Shown in pieces: positions 12,156 through 24,867 of a DNA stretch of 64,000 nt (position 1 is the first letter of the stretch; every line of letters starts with the position of its first letter). The notes beneath the pieces were generated by a model, which worked only from the letters and a program-made list of their open reading frames with translations, ran no database searches and had not been told where the DNA came from. The position numbers and the translations under genes are program-made. Source of the stretch: Anaeramoeba ignava BMAN (taxonomy: Eukaryota > Protista > Anaeramoebae); the NCBI GenBank assembly GCA_028826165.1, contig JAPDFW010000132.1:62001-126000 (forward strand), given 5' to 3'.

Positions 12156-13433
12156 TTAATCCTTTTGTAATTCAAAGTAAATTATAAGGCCAACCTTTTA
12201 AAAAATAAATGAAAAAGATTAGAATATTTATTTAATATTTATTTAATATTTATTTAATATTTAATATTTATTTAATATTTAATATTTATTATTTATTTTA
12301 ATATTTATTTTAATATTTAATATTTATTTTATTTATTTTATTTTATTTAATATTTAATATTTAATATTTAATATTTAATATTTATTTTAATATTTAATAT
12401 TTAATATTTATTTTAATATTTAATATTTAATATTTATTTTAATATTTATTATTTAATATTTATTTTAATATTTTTATTTAATATTTATTTAATATTTATT
12501 ATTTAATATTTATTATTTAATATTTAATATTTAATATTCATTTTATTATTTAATATTTAATATTTAAAATATTTAATATTTAATATTTAATATTTAATAT
12601 TTAATATTTTATTATTTAATATTTAATATTTAATATTTAATATTTAATATTTATTTTAATATTTAATATTTAATATTTAATATTTAATATTTAATATTTA
12701 TTTTAATATTTAATATTTATTTTAATATTTAATATTTATTTTAATATTTAATATTTAATTAATATTTATTTTAAATATTTAATATTTAATTTATTTTAAA
12801 TATTTAATATTTAATATTATTTTAAATATTTAATATTTATTATTTAATATTAAATATTTAATTTATTTTAAATATTTAATATTTTAATACCAATCCAAGA
12901 AAATGAAAAGAAGCACCAGCAGCATAAGTTTTGCTTTTATTTTCACAAGTACTAGGAATAATACACCAAGTATCATAAATAATATTAGCACCAATTAAAG
13001 TCCAACCAAGAACCATAACAATAAAATAATTAATCAAAGTTCGTGCTTTACGAGTTACTTTGCCAAATAATGTTAAAACAAGAACCACAAACGAAATAAA
13101 CAAAGCAAAAATTGCAGCAAAAAAGAAAAGAACATAATATTTTTTATAATCTTTAAAAGAACCTATATTTTGTTATATCAAAGAATTCATTAATATTCCG
13201 TTTTTTATTTTTCTTTCTAATTATTTTTCTTTTATTTTTCTTATTCTGTTTATTTTTTTACCTAATGCTCCTAGTGAAAGAAATCCTCCAAACTTTTATT
13301 TATTAAATAAAAAAATATTTCAATAATTCGTTACAAAAAAAAATATTTTATTATTTAATAAAATTTTTACAATATTAAACGCATGGAAAATCAAAGATAA
13401 TTTTTTATCCCATAAATTTGAACAAATTCCCAT
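12156..13433 (-). CDS. Small four-transmembrane (MARVEL-like topology) protein, 4 exons
   Basis: MGICSNLWDKKLSLIFHAFNI / FGGFLSLGAL / GSFKDYKKYYVLFFFAAIF...GASFHFLGL / VGLIIYFELQKD*, joined by three GT-AG introns; the last (~12195-12890) is filled with (TTTAATA)n. Family assignment is tentative. Confidence 0.65.
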
Positions 13434-13515
13434 TATTATTAAAAAATAAAAAAAAATGAAAAAAATGAAAAAAATGAAAATTTATTTTTTTTCATTTTTT
13501 TTTTTAAAAATTAAA

Positions 13516-14241
13516 ATGTTTTTTTTAAATTTAATTCTAACTCTTGGATATTTTGCTGTTCTTATATTTGCAATAGTTTCAATAACAACAAGTTTATTTT
13601 ATTTATCAGAATTGACAGAAAAACACATTTTGAAAATGAAGGAATTGATAAAATATTCAATAATAATTATCATAATGATTTTTATATTTCTTTGGATTTT
13701 TGAAAAATTTTCGTTCTTTTTAATTTCATTTGGAATTCTATCGCATTTTTTATATTACAAACTACTTGAAAATTATCCAAAATTTCGATTTGTTTCATTG
13801 AATTCTTTCTTTGCTTTTTTATCAATTGTTTTGAATCATGTTTTTTGGTTTGTTTACTTTGCCTTAATTAATTATGATTTGATTCACGTTTTTAGTTTCT
13901 TTATTATTTGTGTTTGGTGGATTCCATTTTTATATTTCATCTCTTTACAATCAGAAGACTTATTGATTCCATTGAAAACACCTGCAAATGAATATGATAA
14001 TCCTCAAATCAAATTCACAAGAAGAAATGATGGTTATGATTCTTCTGAAAGTCAGTTAAATCTCAAAAGAAGATTGAGTCCAAATGATTTTGTTCTTCAA
14101 AATCAAAGAAAAAATTTGAAACTGATTGATTTTATGACTCATGCTCAACCTGCAAATTTAGTTTTTGTTTTATATCGTTTATTTTCGCAATTTAAAGAGC
14201 ATTTGGAGTCTTCTTCAGATAATGAGAATTCAATAAATTAG
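13516..14241 (+). CDS. TEX261: TEX261/Svp26 (Erv26) family ER-Golgi cargo adaptor, intronless
   Basis: Family pattern SI..LFYLSELTE.H...K.LIK, GILSH..Y..LL..YP, NH.FWF.YF, FF.ICVW.IPF..FISL. The likely start is the ATG at 13516. Confidence 0.88.
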   Translation: MFFLNLILTLGYFAVLIFAIVSITTSLFYLSELTEKHILKMKELIKYSIIIIIMIFIFLWIFEKFSFFLISFGILSHFLYYKLLENYPKFRFVSLNSFFAFLSIVLNHVFWFVYFALINYDLIHVFSFFIICVWWIPFLYFISLQSEDLLIPLKTPANEYDNPQIKFTRRNDGYDSSESQLNLKRRLSPNDFVLQNQRKNLKLIDFMTHAQPANLVFVLYRLFSQFKEHLESSSDNENSIN

Positions 14242-14339
14242 TTATTTTTCTTTTTCTTTTTCTTTTTGAAAAAAAATAAATTCAAAATTTTTTAAATTCA
14301 AATTTTTTAATTCAAAATTTTTTAAATCCAAAAATTTTT

Positions 14340-16893
14340 TTAATTTAAATTTTTTAATTTTCCTGCTATATGTTTCCCAAAAGGTTCCTTTGAGAGTTCT
14401 TCATAATAAGGCATTAACAAAGTAACTAATCTTTTTTGATCTTTTTCATTTAATCTATCAAGAAATTTTTGAACAACATAATTTGCATATTGATCTTTCA
14501 TCATTATTTCTAAAGATCTAAAAATAATCAAAAAAAAAAATTTTTTTTTTGAGAACTTTTTTTTTTTCAATTATTCATTTATTAAATTACCCTTCTTTTG
14601 AAATAACTTCTTGAAACAAATGTTGTAATTGACTAGATGTTCCATATTCAATACATTTTTCAATCACATTAGAAGCATATTTATGTTGACTCATTTCAAG
14701 AACTTTTCCAAAAATTTTTTGAACAATCGAAGTTTTTTGATCAACAGTTCCATTTTCAAGTAAATGTTGAATAACATAATTGGCAAATTGATCAAAAACA
14801 AATTCAGGAACAGCATTTAATAATTTTTGGATAATCGAATCCTAAAAATCAAAAAAAAAAAAAAACCAAAAAATTATTCTTATCTTTCTTCAAAAAATTA
14901 AATCAATTTAATAATTTACAACTTTTTCTCCTTCACAAAATGAAAGAATTCTTTGAACAACTCGGCATCCGAAAGCATGTTTTGAAAAATGGATAATTTC
15001 TTCTTCAAATTCATCAATAATAAATTGGATTGAATTTTGAGGTATAAATTCAACACATTTTTGAATAACATGATTTCCATTTTGATCATGAACACAAGAT
15101 TTCACTGAATGTCTTAGTTCAACAAGAATTCGTTCTTGTTGATTTTGATTTGATACTTCAATCATTTTTTGGATCACTCTACATCCATAAACATGATTAG
15201 AAATTTCATTAATTCTTCCTTTCATTTTGTCAAGAAAAAAGTTAATATGAATTTCAGTTGCTATTTTTTGTTTGTTTTTTGAAATTGAAAATATAAAATG
15301 AGTTTGTTTGTTTGTTTGTTTGTTTGTTTTTTCTCTTTTTGAAAAAATATTTTGTTTTGTGTTTACCTTTATTAAGAAATTTTTGGATCACATAATTTCC
15401 AAAAATATGGAAAATCAACTCAAAGAAATGTGGTTTAATTTCTTCAAAAATTTTTTCATGTTCTAAATTATTGGCTGATTCAACTTTTTGTTGAACTAAA
15501 TTTGATCCGTGTTTATCCAAACTGAATTCTAAAATGTGACCCAAAATAAAATCTAAATTAAGATTATTGTGAATTCCTTGATTTTTAAGATTTGATAAGG
15601 AATTCAAATTAGAATTTTTTGATTGTTGGAAATGATTTGAACGAATTAAATCAGGACTTCTTGAATATTGACGAATATTTGGATCAGGATAATAATTCTG
15701 GTTGTTATTGTGATTGAAATTATAATTTAAATGATATTGAACTGGGGAATAACGATTTTGTGGAAATTTCTTGGCATTTTCATTTCTTTGATTAGAATAG
15801 AAAGAAGGATTATAATGATTCATTTGATCTTGATTTGTAAAAGGAAATCTCTGATTCAGATCTAATATTTTAAAAATAATATCAAAATTTCAATAAGATC
15901 AAGAAGAGGGAAAGAATTAATTTCTTACTAGAGTATGAAAATGAATATGAATAAGGAATGTTTGAATTGAACTCTTGATTCGGATCTCCTGAATATTGTT
16001 GATAATTCAAATATGGATTGTGAAATGGATCTTGAGTATTTGTTGGAAATTGATTTTGGAATGATTGATTATTTGAATAGACTTCATTTGTACTATGAGA
16101 TTTTTTCAATCTGAACAGATTTGATTCATTTGGATGATTTTCTAAATAAGTTGGTGGTTTTTGCTGGTTTTGATTCTCATAATTTTGTGCAAAATTTTGT
16201 GAATATTGAAGTTTTTGGAATTCAAATGAAGGATAAGACATGGATGGTTTTAAAGGTGAGATTGATAAATTTTTTCCAACATTTGGAAGTGATTGATTTA
16301 TGGTTTTTTGAGAGAAAAAAGGATTTGAATAGAAATTTTTCAATTCCGAACTTTTTTCATTTTCAAAAGTATTTGGATAAGCAAAATTTGATTCTGATTC
16401 AGTTTTATTTGTGCGATTGTTAATCATTTCTTCTTGATTTTTTGGATCTCCTTTTTATTGTTAAAATTAAAGTTAAAATTAAAATTTTAAAAATAAAATT
16501 AAATATAATTACTATTTTTTGGAATTATTCCTGGAAAGTTCTCTTCATTTGGAATCGAAACAAATGGGCTTTTTGATGACAAATCTTCTTTTTGTGTTTC
16601 TTTTTGAAAAAATGGAGAAAATATTTTAAATTGTTGATTCTAAAAAAAAAAAGCAAAAAAAAAATCAAAAAAATAAAAAATAATAAAGAATAATTTAAAA
16701 TAAAAAATACTAATTGAAAAATTTTATTTGAATCCATTGTTTGTTTTTGGAAATCTTCTTTTGGAAAAGGTTTAAAGTTTGTTTGTGAAGTTTTATTTGG
16801 AGAAAATGTTAAATTTGTTAATTGAAAGGGTTTTAAGTTTTTTGGATCAATTTCTGATGAGAAAATTTGTTTTTTTTGGATTTCTTGATTCAT
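14340..16893 (-). CDS. Pumilio/PUF RNA-binding protein, 7 exons
   Basis: PUF repeats DKHGSNLVQ, HIFGNYVIQ, HVYGCRVIQ, DQNGNHVIQ, HAFGCRVVQ, DQFANYVIQH, HKYASNVIE, DQYANYVVQ, ending FGKHI. N/Q-rich N-terminus; six GT-AG introns. Confidence 0.95.
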
Positions 16894-17009
16894 TTAAATT
16901 TGAAAAAAAAAAAAGAATATAAAAATTTTTTAATAATTTGTTGAAAGAAAAAATGAAAAAAAAAATGAAAAAAAAAAGGGAATTCTTTTTTCTTTTCTTT
17001 TTTTTTTTA

Positions 17010-19180
17010 TTACATAATTTATTATTAAAATATGTTTTTAAATTAATTTATAAATAAATATTAAATCAAAATAGATTTAAATATTAATAAAAAAATGTAA
17101 TAATATTTTAATAAATAATTTAATTTAATTTTAATAATAAATTATTAATAATAAAATATAATTTAATATTAAAATATATTTTTAAATTAATTTATAAATA
17201 AATATTAAATCAAAATAGATTCAGATATTAATAAAAAAAATGTAATAATATTTTAATAAATAATTTAATTTAATTTTAATTATAAATAAATTATTAATAA
17301 TAAAAATATAATTTATTAATAAAATATAATTTTAAATTAATTTATAAATAAATATTAAATTAAAATAGATTTAGATATTAATAAAAATGTAATAATAATA
17401 TTTTAATAAATAATTTAATTTAATTTTAATAATAAATTATTAATAATAAAACATAATTTATTATTAAAATATAATTTTAAATTAATTTATAATTAAATAT
17501 TAAATTAAAATAGATTTTAAATATTAATAAAAATGTAATAATATTTTAATAAATAATTTAATTTAATTTTAATAATAAATTATTAATAATAAAAACATAA
17601 TTTATTAATAAAAATATAATTTTAAATTAATTTATAATTAAATATTAAATTAAAATAGATTTAGATATTAATAAAAATGTAATAATATTTTAATAAATAA
17701 TTTAATTTAATTTTAATAATAAATTATTAATAATAAAAACATAATTTATTATTAAAATATGTTTTTAAATTAATTTATAATTAAATATTAAATCAAAATA
17801 GATTTTAAATATTAATAAAAAAAATGTAATAATATTTTTAATAAATGATTTTAATTTAATTTTAATTATAAATTATTAATAATAAAATATAATTTAATAT
17901 TAAAATATATTTTTAAATTAATTTATAAATAAATATTAAATCAAAATAGATTTAAATATTAATAAAAATGTAATAATATTTTAATAAATGATGTAATTTA
18001 ATTTTAATAATAAATTATTAATAATAAAATATAATTTAATATTAAAATATATTTTTAAATTAATTTATAAATAAATATTAAATCAAAATAGATTTAGATA
18101 TTAATAAAAATGTAATAATATTTTTAATTAATAATTTAATTTAACTTTATTAATAAATTATTAATAATAAAATATGATTTATTATTAAAATATAATTTTA
18201 AATTAATTTATAAATAAATATTAAATTAAAATATATTTAAATATTAATAAAAATGTAATAATATTTTAATAAATAATTTAATTTAATTTTAATAATAAAT
18301 TATTAATAATAAAACATAATTTATTATTAAAATATAATTTTAAATTAATTTATAAATAAATATTAAATCAAAAATAGATTTAGATATTAATAAAAAAATG
18401 TAATAATATTTTAATAAATGATTTAATTTAATTTTAATTATAAATTATTAATAATAAAATATGATTTATTAATAAAATATAATTTTAAATTAATTTATAA
18501 ATAAATATTAAATTAAAATAGATTTAAATATTAATAAAAAAATGTAATAATATTTTTAATAAATAATTTAATTTAATTTTTAATAATAAATTATTAATAA
18601 TAAAATATAATTTATTAATAAAATATAATTTTAAATTAATTTATAAATAAATATTAAATTAAAATAGATTTAAATATTAATAAAAAAATGTAATAATATT
18701 TTAATAAATAATTTAATTTAATTTTAATTATAAATTATTAATAATAAAATATAATTTATTAATAAAATATAATTTTTAAATTAATTTATAAATAAATAAT
18801 AAATTAAAATATATTTAAATATTAATAAAAATGTAATAATATTTTAATAAATAATTTAATTTAATTTTTAATTATAAATTATTAATAATAAAATATAATT
18901 TATTAATAAAATATAATTTTAAATTAATTTATAAATAAATATTAAATTAAAATAGATTTAAATATTAATAAAAAAATGTAATAATATTTTAATAAATAAT
19001 TTAATTTAATTTTAATTATAAATTATTAATAATAAAATATAATTTATTAATAAAATATAATTTTAAATTAATTTATAAATAAATAATAAATTAAAATAGA
19101 TTTAGATATTAATAAAAAAATGTAATAATATTTTAATAAATGATGTAATTTAATTTTAATAATAAATTATTAATAATAAA
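17010..19180. repeat. Intergenic tandem array, ~15 copies of a ~145-bp AT-rich unit
   Basis: Anchor AAATTAATTTATA recurs at ~17040, 17184, 17334, 17478, 17624, 17767, 17914, 18057, 18200, 18342, 18487, 18633, 18778, 18921 and 19065 (spacing 142-150). Confidence 0.93.
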
Positions 19181-19335
19181 TCAACATTTTATTGTAGAAA
19201 AAAGGAATAGGGAATAAATTTAATCCCCTATTTAAATAAAAAATTTTTTAATAAAAACAAAAAAAACATTTTTTTTCTTTTTTCTTTTTTTCTTTTTGTT
19301 TTGTTTTGTGTTTGTTTGGTTTTGTTAAAAGACGT

Positions 19336-21901
19336 ATGAAAACACAAAAACAAAGAAGAGTTGTGATTCTTGGATTTAGAGGTGTTGGTAAATATAATTA
19401 AAAAATATTATTAAAAAATTAAAAAAAAAAAGGAAAAAAAAATTTTTGTTCTTGATTTTTAATTAAACTTTTGTTCTTGATTTTTAATTAAACTGTATTT
19501 AATTTTAATTTAATTATATTTTAGGAAAAACTGCGATCACTACTCGTTTTATTAATAATTCTTTCAATTCAGAGCACACTCCAACAATTGAAAACTCTTT
19601 TAAAAAAACAATTAAATTTTGTGATGAAGAATATGAAATTGATATTCTTGATACACCAGGACAAGTAAATTCTCTTTATTTTAATAATTTATTTCAATAA
19701 TTTATTTATTAATTTATTTAATAATTTATTTAATAATTTATTTAATAATTTATTTCTATAATTTATTTAATAATTTATTTAATAATATATTTTATAATTT
19801 ATTTAATAATATATTTAATAATTTATTTAATAATTTATTTAATAATTTATTTAATAATTTATTTATTAATATATTTAATAATTTATTTCAATAATTTATT
19901 TAATAATTTATTTTAATAATTTATTTAATAATTTATTTAATAATTTATTTATTAATTTATTTCAATAATATATTTATTAATATATTTATTAATTTATTTT
20001 AATAATTTATTTAATATTTTATTTAATAATATATTTTAATAATTTATTTAATAATTTATTTAATAATTTATTTAATAATTTATTTAATAATTTATTTAAT
20101 AATTTATTTCAATAATTTATTTAATAATATATTTTATAATATATTTAATAATTTATTTAATAATTTATTTAATAATTTATTTCAATAATTTATTTTTAAT
20201 AATATATTTAATAATTTATTTCAATAATTTATTCCACATTTTATTCACATTTTATTTAATAATTTATTTAATAATTTATTTAATAATTTATTTAATAATT
20301 TATATTAATATATTTAATAATTTATTTAATAATTTATTTCAATAATTTATTTAATAATTTATTTTATAATTTATTTTTATAATTTATATTTAATAATATA
20401 TTTAATAATTTATTTAATAATTTATTTATTAATATATTTAATAATATATTCAATAATTTATTTAATAATTTATTCAATAATTTATTTAATAATTTATTCA
20501 ATAATTTATTTATTAATTTATTTAATAATTTATTTATTAATTTATTTAATAATTTATTTATTAATTTATTTAATAATTTATTTAATAATTTATTTAATAA
20601 TTTATTTATTAATATATTTTTAATTTATTTATTAATTTATTTCAATAATATATTTATTAATTTATTTCAATAATTTATTTAATAATTTATTTCAATAATT
20701 TATTTAATAATTTATTTCAATAATTTATTTAATAATTTATTTAATAATATATTTATTAATTTATTTAATAATTTATTTAATAATTTATTTAATAATTTAT
20801 TTATTAATATATTTAATAATTTATTTAATAATTTATTTAATAATTTATTTAATAATTTTATTTTATTAATATATTTAATAATTTATTTCAATAATTTATT
20901 TCAATAATTTATTTCAATAATTTATTTAATAATTTATTTAATAATTTATTTCAATAATTTATTTAATAATTTATTTAATAATAATTTATTTCAATAATTT
21001 ATTTAATAATTTATTCCACATTTATTTAATAATTTATTTAATAATTTATTTAATAATTTATTTCAATAATATATTTCAATAATTTATTTCAATAATTTAT
21101 TTAATAATATATTTTATAATTTATTTTATTAATTTATTTAATAATTTATTTAATAATTTATTTAATAATTTATTTCAATAATTTATTTTAATAATTTATT
21201 TAATAATTTATTTAATAATATATTTATTAATATATTTAATAATTTATTTCAATAATTTATTTAATAATTTATTTCAATAATTTATTTAATAATTTATTTA
21301 ATAATTTATTTAATAATTTATTTTATAATTTATTTCAATAATTTATTTATTAATTTATTTATTAATTTATTTATTAATTTATTTATTAATTTATTTATTA
21401 ATTTATTTATTAATTTATTTATTAATTTATTTAATAATTTATTTAATAATTTTTGTTTATAGGATGAATTTACTAGATTTCCTACAAATGATTCAGTTAT
21501 CACTGATGCATATATTCTTGTTTATTCAGTTTCATCTGTAAATTCTTTTGAAATTTTAAAAGTTATTCATGATAAAATCAATGAAAAAATTGGTACAATT
21601 CCTCAAGTTCTTGTTGGAAATAAAAATGATTTAGAAAAAAGAGAAGTAAAATTTGAAGAAGGAAAAAAACTTGCAAAAGAATGGAGTTGTTCATTTATTG
21701 AATGCACAGCAAAAGAAAATGAAAATATTGGTAAAAAAAAAAACAAAATCAAAAAGAAAAATTTTTTTCCGATTTTTTTAATTTTTAAATTTTATTTTTA
21801 TTTAATTAGCTCAAGTATTTTTATCAACTTTGGAAGAAATTGAAAAATCAACAAATCCAAATTTTGGAAAAAAAAAAGATTCAAATTGTTTAATTATTTA
21901 A
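19336..21901 (+). CDS. RHEB: Rheb-like small GTPase, 4 exons
   Basis: G1 GFRGVGKT with the Rheb-typical Arg, PTIENSF, DTPGQDEF, YILVYSVSS..SFE.LK.I.DKI, LVGNKND, ECTAKEN, CaaX CLII*. Confidence 0.9.
19665..21462 (+). repeat. 1798-nt intron filled with 12-mer (TTTAATAATTTA)n
   Basis: GT..AG boundaries join DTPGQ|DEF; degenerate 12-13-mer tandem throughout. Confidence 0.93.
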
Positions 21902-22115
21902 AAAACAAAATTTAAAAATTTCAAAAGAGAAACTGAAACTGAAACAGAAAAATTTTTTTTTTTACTTTTATTTTTATTTGATTTTGAATTTGAATTTGAA
22001 TTTGATTTTGAATTTGATTTTGTTTTTGATTTATTTGTTTTTTTGAAATGAAACAAAATTTTTTTTCATTTTTTCATTTTTTCATTTTTTCATTTTTTTT
22101 TTTGAAATAAAAAAA

Positions 22116-24711
22116 ATGGAATTAAAATCTCAAAATCAATTTATAAAATCATCAATTAATGCATTTCCAATAAATAAAGAAATATTAAAACAATATAAAA
22201 TACCAATAGGAATAACAATAAATCCATTTGCAGAAAAAAATTCACAAGAAAAAATAGTAAAAAATTAAATAAAAAAATTAAAAAATTAAAAAAAATTTTT
22301 TTCTTCAATTTAAAAATCACTAACAAAAAAAAGGAAAATTCAGAAATAACATTTATAAATCCAACCAATAACATTATTCAACAATGTTCAAAATGTGGAG
22401 CTTTTTTAAATACATCTTTATTTGATAGAAATTTTGAATGTGAATGTCCACTGTGTAAATCTAAAAATACCGCTTTAAAAAAAGTATATATTCAAAACTC
22501 AATTGAAAAAGAGAAAGAGAAAGAAGAAAACTCAATATATGAAAGTTATTTACCTGATAAATTCACACAAGAAAAGCCACAATCACCAAGTTATTTTTTT
22601 ATAATTGATTGTTGTGCATTTTCAATAAGAAATTCAATTCCTCAATTATTACTTAATACTTTAAAAGAATTAATACAAAACGATGAATTGTTTGGAGGAG
22701 AAAGAGCAAGAATTGGATTTATAACATTTGATTCTACTGTTCATTTTTATAATTTTTCTGTTGTGGGTCAAAATCCCGAAATTTTTGTTGTTCCTGATTT
22801 TTTTGATATTGGTTTGCCTGCTCAAAAAAAGAATTTATTAGTTAATCTTCATCAATACAAGGATACTATTATTTCTTTTCTTGATTCTTTATCCAATAAT
22901 CTTGGAAAAAATCTTCCAGTTCTGGAAAATTCGTTACAAAATCCAAATGAGTTTTTTTCAGACTTACCTTCAGCTTTGGAGGCAATGTTTAAGATTTTGG
23001 TGAATAATTCTATTATTCTTTATTGTTTTATTATTTATTATTTATTTTCATTTTCATTTTAAAAGGAGCATTCTGGTGGAAAGGCTTTTGTTTTTCAAAC
23101 AACTCTTCCTTCATTTGGAAAATATGGAATCACTAAAAGAGAAAAAATAGATTTACTTGGAACAGAAAATGAAAAAATATTATTTAATCTCAATGAAACT
23201 AATGGGAAATTCTATGAAGAGTTTGCAAATAAATCCTGTATCAAAAAAATATCAATCGATCTGTTTTTATTTTCAACAAATTATATTGATATTACAACAC
23301 TTGGAATTCTGTCAAATCAAACAAAGGGAAATATTCATTATTATCCAAACATGGATTCAAAATTATCATCAATTCAAACAACTTTTCCCAATGATTTAAA
23401 GCAAAGTTTCCATAATATTGTTGGTTGGAATTGCAAATTATGTGTTTTGTCATCATATTTCAAATTTGTAAATCATTTTTCATCAAATGATACTTATTTG
23501 AATCTATTAAAGATTCCTCAAATTTCATCAAATCAAGCATTTACATTTGAACTTGATTTTAAACCCGATACTCAAGAAAAATTAATTCCCGGAGTTCAAG
23601 TTGTAGTGATGTAAAAATATTTAATTATTCAAAATATTCAAATTATTCAAATTATTAAAAATATTCAAATTATTAAGGTATACAAATCATGAAGGTGAAA
23701 ATATGATGCGTATTATTCAACTTAAATTCCCAATTAAAACATCTTTAGTTGAATTATTTCAATCAATTGATAGTGAAGCATTGATTAACTTATGGATTCA
23801 TAAAGGTTTTTTTTTAAAAATTTCTAAAAATCAAAAAATTAAATTTAATTTAAAAAAATTTTTAAAGGAATAAAAAATGCTTCTTTGAAAAAAATTTCCG
23901 AAATTCGTGATAGTTTTATAACAAATTGCTCAAAAATAATCCAAAATTACTTTTCTGTTTTAAATTCAATTCAACCAATAGAAAAAACTAAAATTAGAGA
24001 AAATTTAATAAATTATCTTCCAGATTCTCTCAAATTATTACCAATTCTATCATTATCTTTAACAAAAGTAAACAAAATGAATAAAATAACATGAATTATT
24101 TTTTATTAATCAATTCAAATTAATTCCTCTTTTTTTTTTAAACAAAGAATATACTTTTTTCACCAGGAAGAATAAGTATTGATGAAAGATCATTTGAATT
24201 TTATAAACTCTTATATTCTCCAATTCAACAAATTTCCTTATTTATATTTCCTCAAATTTTTTCCTTAAAAGAATACTTATTAAATGAAGCTGAAAATGCT
24301 TATCAAATTTCAAATACAAAAAAAAGTTTAAAAAGTGATAATATTTATATTTTTTGCAATGGTCAAAAATTTGTAATTTGGATTGGCAAAAATTTATCAA
24401 CAGAAATAATTCAATCTTTATTTAATGTTCCAAATTTTGATAATATTGATAAAGAAACAAATTTAATTGATTCTCATCTTGAAATTAATGATAAAATGTT
24501 CAAAATTATAAATCAAATTCAATCACAATTAAACAAAATTTTATCAATTGAAATTGTTAAAGAAGGAAATGTTCCTCAAAAAAAAATTATTGATTCTTGG
24601 TTAGTTGAAGATAGATTAAGTATTACAATGAATTTTCAAGAATTTCTTTATGAAATTTATCAAAATATTCCAATTAGCTCAACAACTTCTTCTGATTTTT
24701 TAAAAAAATAA
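22116..24711 (+). CDS. SEC24: Sec24-family COPII coat subunit (divergent, no long N-terminal extension), 6 exons
   Basis: IPIGITINPF, Zn finger CSKC..CPLC, trunk YFFIID, RIGFITFDSTVHFY, GGKAFVFQTTLPSFG, YTN..G...RI, LPDSLKLLP...L.LTK, DER, LVEDR; five GT-AAG introns. Confidence 0.92.
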
Positions 24712-24867
24712 TCAATTAAAAAAACAAAACAAAAACAATAAATTATAGAAATTTAAAGAAATTTAAAAAAGAAATTTAAAAAAGAAATTTAAAAAAGAAA
24801 TTTAAAAAAGTTTAAAAAAGTAAAAATTTAAATCTAAATTTAAATTATCTACTTAAAAAATGAAATA

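Noticed and set aside
13456-13515. N-terminal extension MKKMKKMK of TEX261 in the ORF track
   Set aside because: These ATGs are the reverse complement of the TTTTCATTTT element serving the divergent gene; family similarity starts at 13516.
17010-19180. CRISPR-like regular spacing
   Set aside because: Whole units are repeated with no unique spacers, there are no cas genes, and the context is eukaryotic.
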